NCBI GenBank assembly: GCA_963716205.1
Contig: OY970290.1
Location: forward strand, 239,417-303,416
From: an uncultured bacterium
GTDB lineage: Bacteria > Patescibacteriota > Minisyncoccia > Phycocordibacterales > GWA1-40-21
Direction: 5' to 3'
DNA length: 64,000 bases
A program made the position numbers and the translations under genes. This document shows, piece after piece, positions 1 through 9,263 of this stretch. Position 1 is the stretch's first letter, and each line of letters starts with the position of its first letter. The notes beneath the pieces were generated by a model that was not told the origin of the DNA, searched no databases, and saw only the letters and a program-made list of their open reading frames with translations.

Positions 1-220
1 ATGCTGTTGGGTCAGCTTATTTTCTGAAATCCTAAGCTTAAGCATGTTTTTTTTCTGGTATGTTGCCCGCGATGAAAAAAAATCGCTAGAAGAAAGGGAA
101 AGGAGTAGAGATATTGATCTCAGGAGAATAATCAAGTTTTAAAAATCTTTCAAAACCCCATCACGCTTTTGCGCGGCGGGGTTTTCTTTTTCTATTTTTT
201 ATACATGATATAATTCTTTC

Positions 221-1189
221 ATGAAAAAGATCAAAGTCGCAGTGCTTCGCGGCGGACCGAGCAGTGAATATGACGTATCTCTCAAGACGGGCAAAAGCGT
301 GATTGATAACTTGCCAAGCGGATATATTCCGACGGATGTTTTTATTTCCAAACGCGGCGAATGGCTCGTGGATGGCGCAGCGGTAGATCCGCAGAAAATT
401 TTCCAAGGCAATGATCTTGTTTTTAACGCGCTTCACGGCGACTACGGCGAGGACGGAAAGCTCCAGCAATTTCTCGACCACTGCCAGGTCAAATATACCG
501 GCAGCGGCGCGCTTGCATCAGCACTTGCCATGAACAAAGTCATGGCGAAAGAAATTTTTATTTCCGCCGGGCTCAAAACACCGATTTTCAAAGTTATCAA
601 GAAAAGCGAAATCACTGATGATATTGCCCACACAATCTTTACCACATTTCCCATGCCGGCTATCGTGAAGCCGAATGGAAGCGGATCGTCGGTCGGCGTA
701 TCGCTTGTCAAAAAAATATCTGAAATCATCCCCGCTCTCGATAAAGCATTGAAACATTCCGATACGGTCATTATCGAAGAATTTATTTCCGGCAGGGAAG
801 CGACCTGTGGCGTTATTGAAAAATTCAAGGGAAAAGAATTGTACCCGCTTCTGCCGATTGAGATAAAAAAGCCGAAAGAAAATAATTTTTTTGACTATGA
901 TGCAAAGTATTCCGGCAAGTCGGAGGAAATCTGCCCGGGGAATTTTTCCAAAAAAGAAACAGAAATGATCGAAGACATGGCGATCAAAGCGCATCAAGCG
1001 CTCGGTCTCCGGCATTATTCCAGATCAGACTTTATCGTGCATTCAAAGCGCGGCATATATATTCTGGAGACGAATACTCTGCCGGGTCTGACAAAAGAAT
1101 CACTTCTGCCGAAATCGCTTACTGCGGTCGGCTCATCACTTTCGCAATTTTTGGACCATGTTCTCGCTCTTGCTTTGGAACAAAAATAA
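221..1189 (+). CDS. ddl: D-alanine--D-alanine ligase
   Basis: 322-aa ORF with an ATP-grasp Ddl N-terminus (KVAVLRGGPSSEYDVSL...). Its length and C-terminal motifs (LETNTLPG) are typical of Ddl. Confidence 0.9.
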   Translation: MKKIKVAVLRGGPSSEYDVSLKTGKSVIDNLPSGYIPTDVFISKRGEWLVDGAAVDPQKIFQGNDLVFNALHGDYGEDGKLQQFLDHCQVKYTGSGALASALAMNKVMAKEIFISAGLKTPIFKVIKKSEITDDIAHTIFTTFPMPAIVKPNGSGSSVGVSLVKKISEIIPALDKALKHSDTVIIEEFISGREATCGVIEKFKGKELYPLLPIEIKKPKENNFFDYDAKYSGKSEEICPGNFSKKETEMIEDMAIKAHQALGLRHYSRSDFIVHSKRGIYILETNTLPGLTKESLLPKSLTAVGSSLSQFLDHVLALALEQK

Positions 1190-1229
1190 TTTGGAAAAAC
1201 CACGGGAATGTGTTAGTCTATTTTCTCAA

Positions 1230-1302
1230 GGGCCCGTAGTTCATCTGGTAGAACGCCTCATTTGCAATGAGGAGGTAAGCGGTTCGAGTCCGCTCGGGTC
1301 CA
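1230..1302 (+). tRNA. tRNA-Ala (anticodon TGC)
   Basis: 73-nt cloverleaf: acceptor gggcccg/cgggtcc, anticodon loop tttgcaa, T-loop ttcgagt. It has the G3:U70 alanine identity pair. The 3' end is ...ggtccacc. Confidence 0.85.
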
Positions 1303-2563
1303 CCTTAGCAGACTTAAGAGGCAGAAATGCCTCTTTTGTCTTGTAAAGACTGGCTATTTCGGGAGTTCCAAATAAATTATTTTCAAACGTCAACCCTAGA
1401 GGGAATTGGAACCATTGTAATTTAACTTTTGGTCCTATTTTCGCTTTTCGCCATATTTTACTTGGGTTTTTTAGGTATTCTTCGGCAATAGCCAGTGCTT
1501 TCTCAAAATTCATTTCTGTGTTCGGAATGATCGCCAGTGATGCATTTGCCTCACCTAAATCTCTATCAATCATTGCCAATTGTTGCTTTAAAACCGTATC
1601 TGGAATGATACCGTCCAGATTTTTCTTGATAATTCCTGACTGTTTTTCCGTAAGCTCGACAATATATTTTTTTAATCGACTTGCGTCTTTTTGTTGACCC
1701 TCTGTTGCTTTGACCAAGTTATTCTCAATGCATTTTTTTAGCTTTTCAAACTTATTATCATCGAACCGATATTTTTCTAAAAATTTCATAAAATTTTTTT
1801 CAAACTCGTCACGATTGTGATTGGAATCACTCCCACCAAAGCGATAGAAGGGATATTTTTTCAAACGGCCACCTCTGGACCAACTTCCAGTAAGTTTTTT
1901 GCCATTCTCATTTACAACAAATCTGCGGAGAGGGAAGTCTGGGTGATCAGTAATATGTGGTGAATTTTTTCTACCTTTATTTTTAAGTACTGACTGAACC
2001 TGATTAAAGAGCTCTTCAGAAATAATTGGCTCAAACACACCCTTGTGTCTTTCTCCAAATTTAATGATCCATCCAGCATAAAGTTCATTGGTAAGCATCG
2101 TATAGAAATACGATTTGCAAATAGGATTTTGTTTTTTGTTCAAGAGGCCATTTTTTGTTGTCACCATCCTTCTGACAACTTCCGTTGGATAGACACCAGA
2201 AGCAATAAGTTCAAAAGTTCGCTTTACAATTGGACACATCATTTCGTTTGGAGCTATCGTTGCCTTACCGGCCATTTTTACATTATCATATCCGATTGGT
2301 GCCATCCATACATAACGACCATCTCGCATGGCTTCTTTCATGCCACCTGCACAACGTTCAGATCTAATATCGTTATCGAATTGGGCGATATTCGCCATTG
2401 TATTCTCCATAAAGCGACCTACGGGTGTATTCTCAAAATGTTCCGAGGTTGATTTGATCTCAACCCCATAACGTTTCAAAAGAAGGCGAAGTTGACTGTA
2501 GTCGTCCGTGTTTCTGGAAAGACGGTCCAATTTATAAATAATCACTGCCGGAATACAATTCAA
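1241..2563 (-). pseudogene. large serine recombinase, 5'-truncated (catalytic resolvase domain missing); 3' end reads through the tRNA-Ala gene
   Basis: The product aligns with the intact recombinase at 7516..9066 starting from its ..IVYKIDRFSRN region, so about 75 N-terminal residues including the catalytic Ser are absent. The upstream frame holds only repeat-A sequence and a TAA. The C-terminal 21 codons are the reverse complement of the tRNA-Ala(TGC) gene. Confidence 0.7.
1318..1348 (+). terminator. hairpin gaggca-gaaa-tgcctc followed by ttttgtctt (repeat module M2, copy at the native tRNA-Ala)
   Basis: Perfect 6-bp stem with a GAAA loop and a T-run immediately 3' of tRNA-Ala. The same 30-mer recurs at 22626 and 24023. 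Confidence 0.6.
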
Positions 2564-2588
2564 ATCGAGGCGAATGTTCAGGCAGCCA

Positions 2589-2820
2589 GTTCCAATTCGT
2601 CCTCTTGTTTCTCGAAATGATTTCTGAAGTTTTTAATATACAAAAAAATATGGTTCCAATCCTGGAGGATGAGGTCCACAAACACTATTTTAATACCAGT
2701 ATTAAAATAAAGGCTTTAATCATAGATTTTTCAGAATAGAAAAAATTGAAATAGGAAACGACCCAAGCCGACTCGAACCACCAACGATGAAAGTTAGCCG
2801 TATTTTATGTTTTCACTCCT
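2589..2820 (+). repeat. composite repeat copy A (left arm gttccaattcgtcctc..., M1 core ggttccaatcctggaggatgaggtccac at 2652-2679, inverted T-arm-like M3 cgactcgaacc at 2769-2779)
   Basis: Direct sequence similarity to copy B (3664-3754) in the left arm and M1, and to copies C and D in M3. It abuts the truncated recombinase. Confidence 0.75.
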
Positions 2821-2929
2821 ACCATTCAGATCTTCATCAATTTGCGAAAAAAATTAAAAATGTTACCGTTATTAACGGACATAGTTCGTTAATAAAGAAC
2901 ACCGTCCAAATAATTAAAGGAGGTCAACC

Positions 2930-3529
2930 ATGAGCAATCTCATGCTCGATGTTGATCAAGCAGGTGAGTTGAAGGCTGCATTTCGGCGTGAAGGACCGTG
3001 GACGAATGGAGAGATCAAAATGCTCACGGAGCAAAAAGGTTTACTCAGAAAGTTTCGCGAAGTATTACTTGGCCACGCCAAGATTAATTTTCTCGACACG
3101 CTGATTGATTGTGATGCAGATCCTTATCGGCTTTTCGAAAAATGGAAAGTACGAACTCACAAAAAGGGCGGAAGTTGGTCTTTCAATCCCGAGGAGGTAG
3201 AACTTTTTCCAGTAATTAATTTTGGAAATGTTCGTATCAGGGATCTTGCCGATGAATTTGTCAAACTACCGATCCTGAATGCGAATGTTCTTGATCACCT
3301 CATCAAGAGGCCTTATCTGATGCCAGATGAGTGGGAAGGAAAAAGAATCCTGTTTGCCGGAACGATTTATGAGTCTGAGAGATCTTCCAGTCAAGGTTTG
3401 GAGCCAATCATTCGCTTTTTGGAGGTTAAAGGGACTCCGCATTATTTTGGTGGTGATACATTTCGTTCTTTTTACGGCACTCCACTTGAAGTGTATTCAG
3501 AAAATTGTGTTTTGCCGATTAGAAAGTAG
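2930..3529 (+). CDS. hypothetical protein (cassette-like ORF flanked by repeats A and B)
   Basis: 199-aa ORF with a strong SD (aaaggaggtcaaccATG) and a downstream terminator. Confidence 0.6.
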   Translation: MSNLMLDVDQAGELKAAFRREGPWTNGEIKMLTEQKGLLRKFREVLLGHAKINFLDTLIDCDADPYRLFEKWKVRTHKKGGSWSFNPEEVELFPVINFGNVRIRDLADEFVKLPILNANVLDHLIKRPYLMPDEWEGKRILFAGTIYESERSSSQGLEPIIRFLEVKGTPHYFGGDTFRSFYGTPLEVYSENCVLPIRK

Positions 3530-3542
3530 TTTTAGTTTTTAA

Positions 3543-3568
3543 AGGCGCGCTTACCCCGCGCCTTTTTT
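3543..3568 (+). terminator. rho-independent terminator
   Basis: Stem ggcgcg/cgcgcc with a 7-nt loop, followed by tttttt. Confidence 0.65.
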
Positions 3569-3663
3569 ATCCACACAACTTGTCGTTCTCGATAATTTTC
3601 TACCCCTTGGCAAAATATTTTTCAGGAGTAGGATTTATACTGAGACGAATATTTAGGCAACGA

Positions 3664-3754
3664 GTTCCAATTCGTCCTCATGTTTCTCAAAATGATTTCT
3701 AAAGTTTTTGATATACAAAAAAATCTGATTCCAATTCTGTAGGATGAGGTCCAC
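3664..3754 (+). repeat. composite repeat copy B (left arm plus M1 core gattccaattctgtaggatgaggtccac)
   Basis: About 85% identical to copy A over 91 bp. Confidence 0.75.
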
Positions 3755-3781
3755 TCTGGTAGATATTTTGACACAAAAAAA

Positions 3782-3811
3782 CACTCGCGATCATATCGCG
3801 AGTGTTTTTTT
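3782..3811 (+). terminator. hairpin cactcgcgat-cat-atcgcgagtg followed by a T-run
   Basis: 10-bp perfect stem followed by ttttttt. It could also serve the minus-strand small ORF. Confidence 0.6.
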
Positions 3812-3818
3812 GTAAGAT

Positions 3819-3986
3819 TTATTTCTTTTCTTCAGCCTTGCCTTTTGCTGACCAGCCCATGAGGATGCTGACGAGACCGAGAATGACAAGAGCCCACATT
3901 AAAAATGTAGAAAAGCTCGATACGAGACCGATCAAACCGAGTACCAGTAAAATGACTCCGACGACTAACAATGTATTTTTTTGCAT
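3819..3986 (-). CDS. small hydrophobic membrane protein (55 aa, two predicted TM helices)
   Basis: The reverse strand translates to MQKNTLLVVGVILLVLGLIGLVSSFSTFLMWALVILGLVSILMGWSAKGKAEEKK. It is below the 60-aa ORF-track cutoff. Note: the start should be 3984 to keep a whole number of codons. Confidence 0.4.
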   Translation of the reverse strand: MQKNTLLVVGVILLVLGLIGLVSSFSTFLMWALVILGLVSILMGWSAKGKAEEKK

Positions 3987-4035
3987 ATGTTTATTTTCTT
4001 AAGTTATAAATTAAATTATCTAATAAAACTTATTT

Positions 4036-4281
4036 TTATCCATTCAAATCTTTTTTTATCGTTTCAAAAACATCGCCGCTTATTTTATTCAATTTCTCAC
4101 CGACCTTTTTTGCCTGTCGCAGATATTTTTCACGCTGGGGCGTTTCTTTTTTCCATTCTTTCGCAAGCACCTTTACGGCTTTATCTGCTTTTTTATTTGC
4201 CTTCTTAATAAATGATCCCGTTTTCGCGATCGCACTTCTCACAGATGATTTTATTTTTTTAACAGTTTTTTGTTTTTTCAT
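4036..4281 (-). CDS. hypothetical small lysine-rich protein
   Basis: 81-aa ORF that is K-rich with no recognisable motif. Confidence 0.4.
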   Translation of the reverse strand: MKKQKTVKKIKSSVRSAIAKTGSFIKKANKKADKAVKVLAKEWKKETPQREKYLRQAKKVGEKLNKISGDVFETIKKDLNG

Positions 4282-4300
4282 AGATTGTAATTATATCATA

Positions 4301-4666
4301 CTATTTATTAATATCACTAATCATAACTTTTCGAAAATGCTTCACGCTAAAATACAAAGCAATAACAAAGGTAAATACGAGGCCTTGATCGGTCAGAAAG
4401 ATTCCTATAAGAGATGGAATTTGTGCATAAGTAATCGCGTGATTTTCAAAATATACAATAGCAAAGAGTGAGATGATAATATCAATACCTACCATCCAAC
4501 GCCTTTTCGAAGTCGTAAGTCCAGCCATGACTGATAAAAGGGCAATGGCACCTATCATAAAAATTGGATATTGGGGAAGAAATGTTCTGAAGCTCGGATA
4601 GGTGACAAGCATAATTATTGCTGCAAAAAGAAAAAGTTTGCTGACTATATTGTTTTCTAGATTCAT
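4301..4666 (-). CDS. hypothetical integral membrane protein
   Basis: 121 aa with four hydrophobic segments. Confidence 0.5.
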   Translation of the reverse strand: MNLENNIVSKLFLFAAIIMLVTYPSFRTFLPQYPIFMIGAIALLSVMAGLTTSKRRWMVGIDIIISLFAIVYFENHAITYAQIPSLIGIFLTDQGLVFTFVIALYFSVKHFRKVMISDINK

Positions 4667-5001
4667 AGGTTCACACTAGCACAGAGTCAGGTTTAATCCT
4701 AATACTATTGACTCATGCTGAAATATGATTTTTAACATTATTATTTCGTATATTCTGCAACATATTTTTTAATACGAACAATCTTAACAAGATATATTCT
4801 TTTCTGGTGTGTTACAATCATGGTTAAGATATGCGAAGGGAATTAATTCATTACATTGATTCTCGCAAATCTTTTTACTTTCCAACCTTATTTATTTTTA
4901 TTGTTGCATGCGCAGGTCGGACAACGTGTATGATAAAAAGAAAATTAAATTATTAATCAGTTAGTTCTAGTTAGTTAATTAAGTTATAATAATTATTATA
5001 T

Positions 5002-6660
5002 ATGAAAATATTCGATAAGCTTACAATAGCGGCATTTTTTTTGTTTGTTTTTAGTTTTTTTGTGCCGGCACTTACGTTTGCGGCAGGTCCTGCAATAGTC
5101 AATCTCGGATCCGCCAGTAATTATGTTATTCTTTCAAAAACAGCAATCACGACGACCGGAGTAACTTCAATTATTGGGAACATCGGCATTAGTCCTGCTT
5201 CTGCAAGCGCCTTGACCGGTTTTGGACAAACACTTGATAGTTCCGGTCAGTTTTCAACATCAGCACTTGTCAGTGGAAAAATATACGCATCAGATTATGC
5301 AGTTCCAACTCCGGCGACGATGAGTACGGCGATCAGCGATATGCAATCGGCATATGTCGATGCTGCAGGCAGAACTCCTGGTGTCGGCGCAAATTTGAAT
5401 GTTGGCGGCGGAACATTGAATGGACAAACATTTGTTCCCGGAACATACACATGGGGAAGCAATGTCGATATCACGGGAAATATTACACTTTCTGGTACTG
5501 CAAGCGATGTTTGGATTTTTCAAATCTCAGGAACATTGAGTCTTGAAGCAGGAAAAAATATTATCCTTGCCGGCGGTGCATTGCCACAAAATATTTTCTG
5601 GCAAGTTGCAGGAACGACAACGGTGTACCCGGGAGCTATTTTTAGCGGAGTTATTCTCGCAGGTCCCGGCGCGTCAACAATTGCATTTCAAAACGGCGCA
5701 GTTTTGAATGGACAAGCGCTTGGACAAACAGATGTCACTTTGATTGGAACTACCGTTTCATCAGTTCTCTTGATACCGCCAGTGGCGGCAGCAGCAAGTC
5801 AGAATGGGGGTGATTACACTGCCATAATACCAATAATTGGTATTACAAAAATTCCCACACCGCTTGCTTTATCCGGACCCGGTTCAGTTACATATAACTA
5901 TACAATTTGGAATGCTGGAAATAAGGTAGTTTTTGAACCCACATTGCCGTTAACAAATATTACTCTTACTGATGACAAATGTAGTCCAGTAACATATGTT
6001 TCCGGTGATACAAACAATAATAAAGAGCTTGACCCTGGCGAAACATGGAATTACACTTGTACAACAACACTTTCAACGACGACGACGAATACCGCCACGG
6101 TAACGGGTTACAGTGAGGATACCTATCATCCTGCAGTAGCTGCAATTGCGACTGCAATCAGCACCGTTGTCGTTGGCATACCGGCGGCAGCTCCCGTTGC
6201 CAGCGTAGCAGCACCGCTTATCAACGTTATCGAAGTACCAAATCGTTTGACCCCGTTTCCATTTGGAGGAGGAAGTGTTACTTACACGTATACCGTGACG
6301 AATCCTGGCGTAGTTGCAATACACGATGTGGCTCTTACTGACAATAAATGTGCTCCAGTTTCTCGAGTTTCTGGAGATACCAATAGCAATAATCTTCTTG
6401 ATCCGAATGAAACATGGATCTATACGTGTACAACGAACGTTCCCGTTTCAACGGCGTCTGTTGCCACAGTGAAAGGTGATGCGAACGGTTTTCCGGCTCT
6501 CGGCTACGCATATGCGAATGTTCTTGTAGCTACTCCAGGTCTTCCAAACACGGGATTTCCTGCAAATAGCAACATTTCATGGACAGTCATTATATTGGCA
6601 GCTCTTCTCGTCATCGTTTCAGTTTCACTTATTGTGACACTCAAGAAAAGAAAGATTTAG
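5002..6660 (+). CDS. LPXTG-anchored surface protein with a DUF3494 (ice-binding-like beta-helix) domain and two DUF11-like repeats
   Basis: Signal peptide, QNIFWQVAG-type motif, and duplicated LTD[DN]KC..VSGDTN..LDP.ETW.YTCTT modules. The C-terminus is LPNTG followed by a hydrophobic TM segment and KKRKI. Confidence 0.8.
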   Translation: MKIFDKLTIAAFFLFVFSFFVPALTFAAGPAIVNLGSASNYVILSKTAITTTGVTSIIGNIGISPASASALTGFGQTLDSSGQFSTSALVSGKIYASDYAVPTPATMSTAISDMQSAYVDAAGRTPGVGANLNVGGGTLNGQTFVPGTYTWGSNVDITGNITLSGTASDVWIFQISGTLSLEAGKNIILAGGALPQNIFWQVAGTTTVYPGAIFSGVILAGPGASTIAFQNGAVLNGQALGQTDVTLIGTTVSSVLLIPPVAAAASQNGGDYTAIIPIIGITKIPTPLALSGPGSVTYNYTIWNAGNKVVFEPTLPLTNITLTDDKCSPVTYVSGDTNNNKELDPGETWNYTCTTTLSTTTTNTATVTGYSEDTYHPAVAAIATAISTVVVGIPAAAPVASVAAPLINVIEVPNRLTPFPFGGGSVTYTYTVTNPGVVAIHDVALTDNKCAPVSRVSGDTNSNNLLDPNETWIYTCTTNVPVSTASVATVKGDANGFPALGYAYANVLVATPGLPNTGFPANSNISWTVIILAALLVIVSVSLIVTLKKRKI

Positions 6661-6686
6661 TTTTGTTTGCGCATTCTGAAAAATTT

Positions 6687-7286
6687 ATGCGCTCAAAAAT
6701 ATCATTTGCATGGTCGGTGGTGATCATCAGTATCACAGGGGTTATATGTTCCTGGATTATTATTTCTTTTCCAGCACCAAGCAGCAATGATCAGATTGTC
6801 GCACCGATTGCAAATATTATCGTTCCCAAACAAGTCATTGCAGAACTTCCAGCTCGCCTGATTATTCCTGCCATCCATATTAATGCTTTTATTGAATATG
6901 TTGGGCTTACATCGAGCGGCGCAATGGCTGTGCCGCAAGGTCCGAATGATGTCGCATGGTTTGATCTCGGTCCGCGTCCCGGATCAAGCGGAAGCGCGGT
7001 GATCGCGGGGCATGAAGGATGGAAAGACAACATACCGGCAGTATTTGACAGTCTGCATCAACTCAAAGCTGGAGACTTAATCTATATTGAAGATCAAAAG
7101 GGCGCGACCAGCACGTTTGTGGTGCAGAAAACTGAAATTTATGACCAGAACGGAAATTCTTCCACTGTGTTTAATTCAACTGACGGGCTCGCGCATTTGA
7201 ATCTCATTACCTGCGAAGGTGTGTGGAATGCGACGGAACAAAGCTATTCCAATCGAATTGTTGTATTTACTGATAAAGAAAATTAA
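6687..7286 (+). CDS. sortase (transpeptidase)
   Basis: N-terminal TM helix, conserved His (VIAGHEGW), and catalytic LITC motif. It lies directly downstream of its LPXTG substrate. Confidence 0.85.
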   Translation: MRSKISFAWSVVIISITGVICSWIIISFPAPSSNDQIVAPIANIIVPKQVIAELPARLIIPAIHINAFIEYVGLTSSGAMAVPQGPNDVAWFDLGPRPGSSGSAVIAGHEGWKDNIPAVFDSLHQLKAGDLIYIEDQKGATSTFVVQKTEIYDQNGNSSTVFNSTDGLAHLNLITCEGVWNATEQSYSNRIVVFTDKEN

Positions 7287-7328
7287 TAAAAAATAATAAA
7301 CAAAAATCGTTACCAAAGATTTTTATAG

Positions 7329-7402
7329 TGGGCGATACAAGATTCGGACTTGTGACCTCACGAATGTGAATCGTGCGCTCTAACCAACTGAGCTAATCGC
7401 CC
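7329..7402 (-). tRNA. tRNA-Val (anticodon CAC)
   Basis: The reverse complement folds as acceptor gggcgat/atcgccc, anticodon loop ttcacat. The T-loop is tccgaat, with C at position 55. Confidence 0.75.
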
Positions 7403-7504
7403 ATATTATTTTGTGTTTGATTTATAGCATAAAAAAGATTTTTATTCTATTTTTAACTTTGATTTTCTTCATTTTTTATATTACACTCCTTTCACTCAAT
7501 AAAA

Positions 7505-7580
7505 GGGCCGCTAGCTCACTTGGTAGAGCGCTTCCATGGCATGGAAGAGGTAACCGGTTCGATCCCGGTGCGGTCCACCA
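7505..7580 (+). tRNA. tRNA-Ala (anticodon GGC), CCA encoded
   Basis: Acceptor gggccgc/gcggtcc with G3:U70, anticodon loop atggcat, T-loop ttcgatc, and a 3' ACCA. Confidence 0.85.
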
Positions 7581-9066
7581 AAGCCGACGGATTGATCAAA
7601 TATTCCCGATAAACCTCATAAACTGGGCTTAGTTTTGCGGTTCCAAATTTCTCCCCAGAAAATATTATATTTCCATTAAATATCAAGTTTTGGAACCGTA
7701 GTCGCTTTTCAGGTCTTTCATTCAGTCTAAGCCAGGTTTCCGCTGTATTTCTAATGTAGTTAAAGCAGTACTCTAAAGCCTCATCCATATTTAAGCTCTC
7801 GATTTGCTTGTCGAATATTAAAGCTTCTTTCTGAACGATTTTCCGATTAGCAGAATCCTTTTGAGCCAGGAATTCTTCTTTCGTGTAGGTGCCAGATTCA
7901 AAGAGTTCATAAATGTTTTGTCTTCTAATCTCTAGTTCTCCGATTTCTTTTCGTATTTTCCCTTTTAGTTCATCGAATTGCTTGTAATTGTTTTTCCAGA
8001 TATCAACCACGATTGTTTTAAAAGCCTTTTCAAACTGAAACGTTGGATTGATCTCATGTAGATATTCGATGAATAATTGCTCAAACGATTCTTTAGGAAT
8101 GGATTTAGCATAATCGCACTTCTGTTTATGATGGTGATAGTAAGGATATCTGATACCTTTTCGCCCCGTAGAATAGCTGCCGGTAAATGATTGTTCACAG
8201 AATTTGCAGACCGCCAGCTTTCGAAGCGGGAAAGCCGGATTTTTTGCTAAATGTGGCGTGCTTTTGTGTTGTCTTCTTCCCGTTCCCTGGCAGGTGTTGA
8301 AAAGCTTCTCATCAATAATTGGTTCAAACTTTCCCTTTATATCAATGTCCCACACCCGGATAATTCCGCAATAAATTGGATTCTTGATAATCATCTCCAT
8401 GAGTTGTCGTGTAGGAGCGTAGCCATTTCGGGTAGAAAATCCTCGATCCTTCAAGTATTTGGCAAGTGACTTTAAAGTGTGATGGCCCTTAGCAAATTCC
8501 TCAAAAATAAGACGAATATACGGGACATATTTTGGGTCAGGGGTTAGGTTGGCACCCTGGGCCAGGCGATAGTAGCCGAGGGGGGCCGGCCATACCCAAA
8601 TGCCTTTCTTTAAACGCTCCCGCATTCCATTTACACATCTTTCAGTTCGGACGTTGTTATCAAATTCAGCGAATCCCGATAACATAACCTCCATCAGCTT
8701 TCCTGATGGCGTATCGTCTATTTTTTCGGAGACTGAACGAATTTCCGTTCCGTATCCCTGAAGTTTTTGTTTGGTAATCGCGTAATCAGTCTGATTGCGG
8801 GAAAACCGGTCAATCTTGTACACAATAAAGTATTTTATCGTGTTTTTCTTGTTCGAGCAAAAGGCTACTGCCTTTGTGAACTCGGTGCGATCCACAGTTT
8901 TGGCAGACTCTCCACGCTCAATAAATACCTCCGATACGGTTACTCCCTCCCGTACCGCATACTCTTTACACATCCGTTGCTGTGATTCAAGACTCGTACC
9001 ATCTACCTGTTCGAGTGAAGACACCCGACAATAGATTATTCCGTTTTTTGTTTCTCCATTTTGCAC
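7516..9066 (-). CDS. large serine recombinase (integrase), intact; 3' end embedded in tRNA-Ala(GGC)
   Basis: 516 aa with N-terminal IIYCRVSSLEQ (catalytic Ser), a recombinase domain, and a Cys-containing region. The last 21 codons are the antisense of the tRNA-Ala gene. Confidence 0.85.
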   Translation of the reverse strand: MQNGETKNGIIYCRVSSLEQVDGTSLESQQRMCKEYAVREGVTVSEVFIERGESAKTVDRTEFTKAVAFCSNKKNTIKYFIVYKIDRFSRNQTDYAITKQKLQGYGTEIRSVSEKIDDTPSGKLMEVMLSGFAEFDNNVRTERCVNGMRERLKKGIWVWPAPLGYYRLAQGANLTPDPKYVPYIRLIFEEFAKGHHTLKSLAKYLKDRGFSTRNGYAPTRQLMEMIIKNPIYCGIIRVWDIDIKGKFEPIIDEKLFNTCQGTGRRQHKSTPHLAKNPAFPLRKLAVCKFCEQSFTGSYSTGRKGIRYPYYHHHKQKCDYAKSIPKESFEQLFIEYLHEINPTFQFEKAFKTIVVDIWKNNYKQFDELKGKIRKEIGELEIRRQNIYELFESGTYTKEEFLAQKDSANRKIVQKEALIFDKQIESLNMDEALEYCFNYIRNTAETWLRLNERPEKRLRFQNLIFNGNIIFSGEKFGTAKLSPVYEVYREYLINPSALVDRTGIEPVTSSMPWKRSTK

Positions 9067-9263
9067 GGCGGTAATTTTTTCATATCACCATCTACTTGTC
9101 GAGGTACCAAAGGCGACATTTTGGAACCATTTTTCTCTTCTATAAAACAATCAAGCGCCAACTGAGCGTGGGTATAAATGAGATTCCTAATAACCTCCAC
9201 ATCCTCGTCGGGAGCATTTTTTAAAGTCGGCTCAATTTCTCTCATTTGTTCAATGCTAATCAT
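9036..9263 (-). CDS. hypothetical small protein overlapping the integrase start (possible directionality factor)
   Basis: 75-aa acidic ORF overlapping the integrase start by 31 nt. No motif is recognised. Confidence 0.3.
   Translation of the reverse strand: MISIEQMREIEPTLKNAPDEDVEVIRNLIYTHAQLALDCFIEEKNGSKMSPLVPRQVDGDMKKLPPCKMEKQKTE

Noticed and set aside
1158-1346. A + strand ORF (62 aa) spanning tRNA-Ala(TGC).
   Set aside because: It overlaps a well-formed tRNA and the terminator-like hairpin. There is no RBS. Spurious.
7411-7632. A + strand ORF (73 aa) spanning tRNA-Ala(GGC).
   Set aside because: It covers the tRNA and the integrase 3' end. Spurious.
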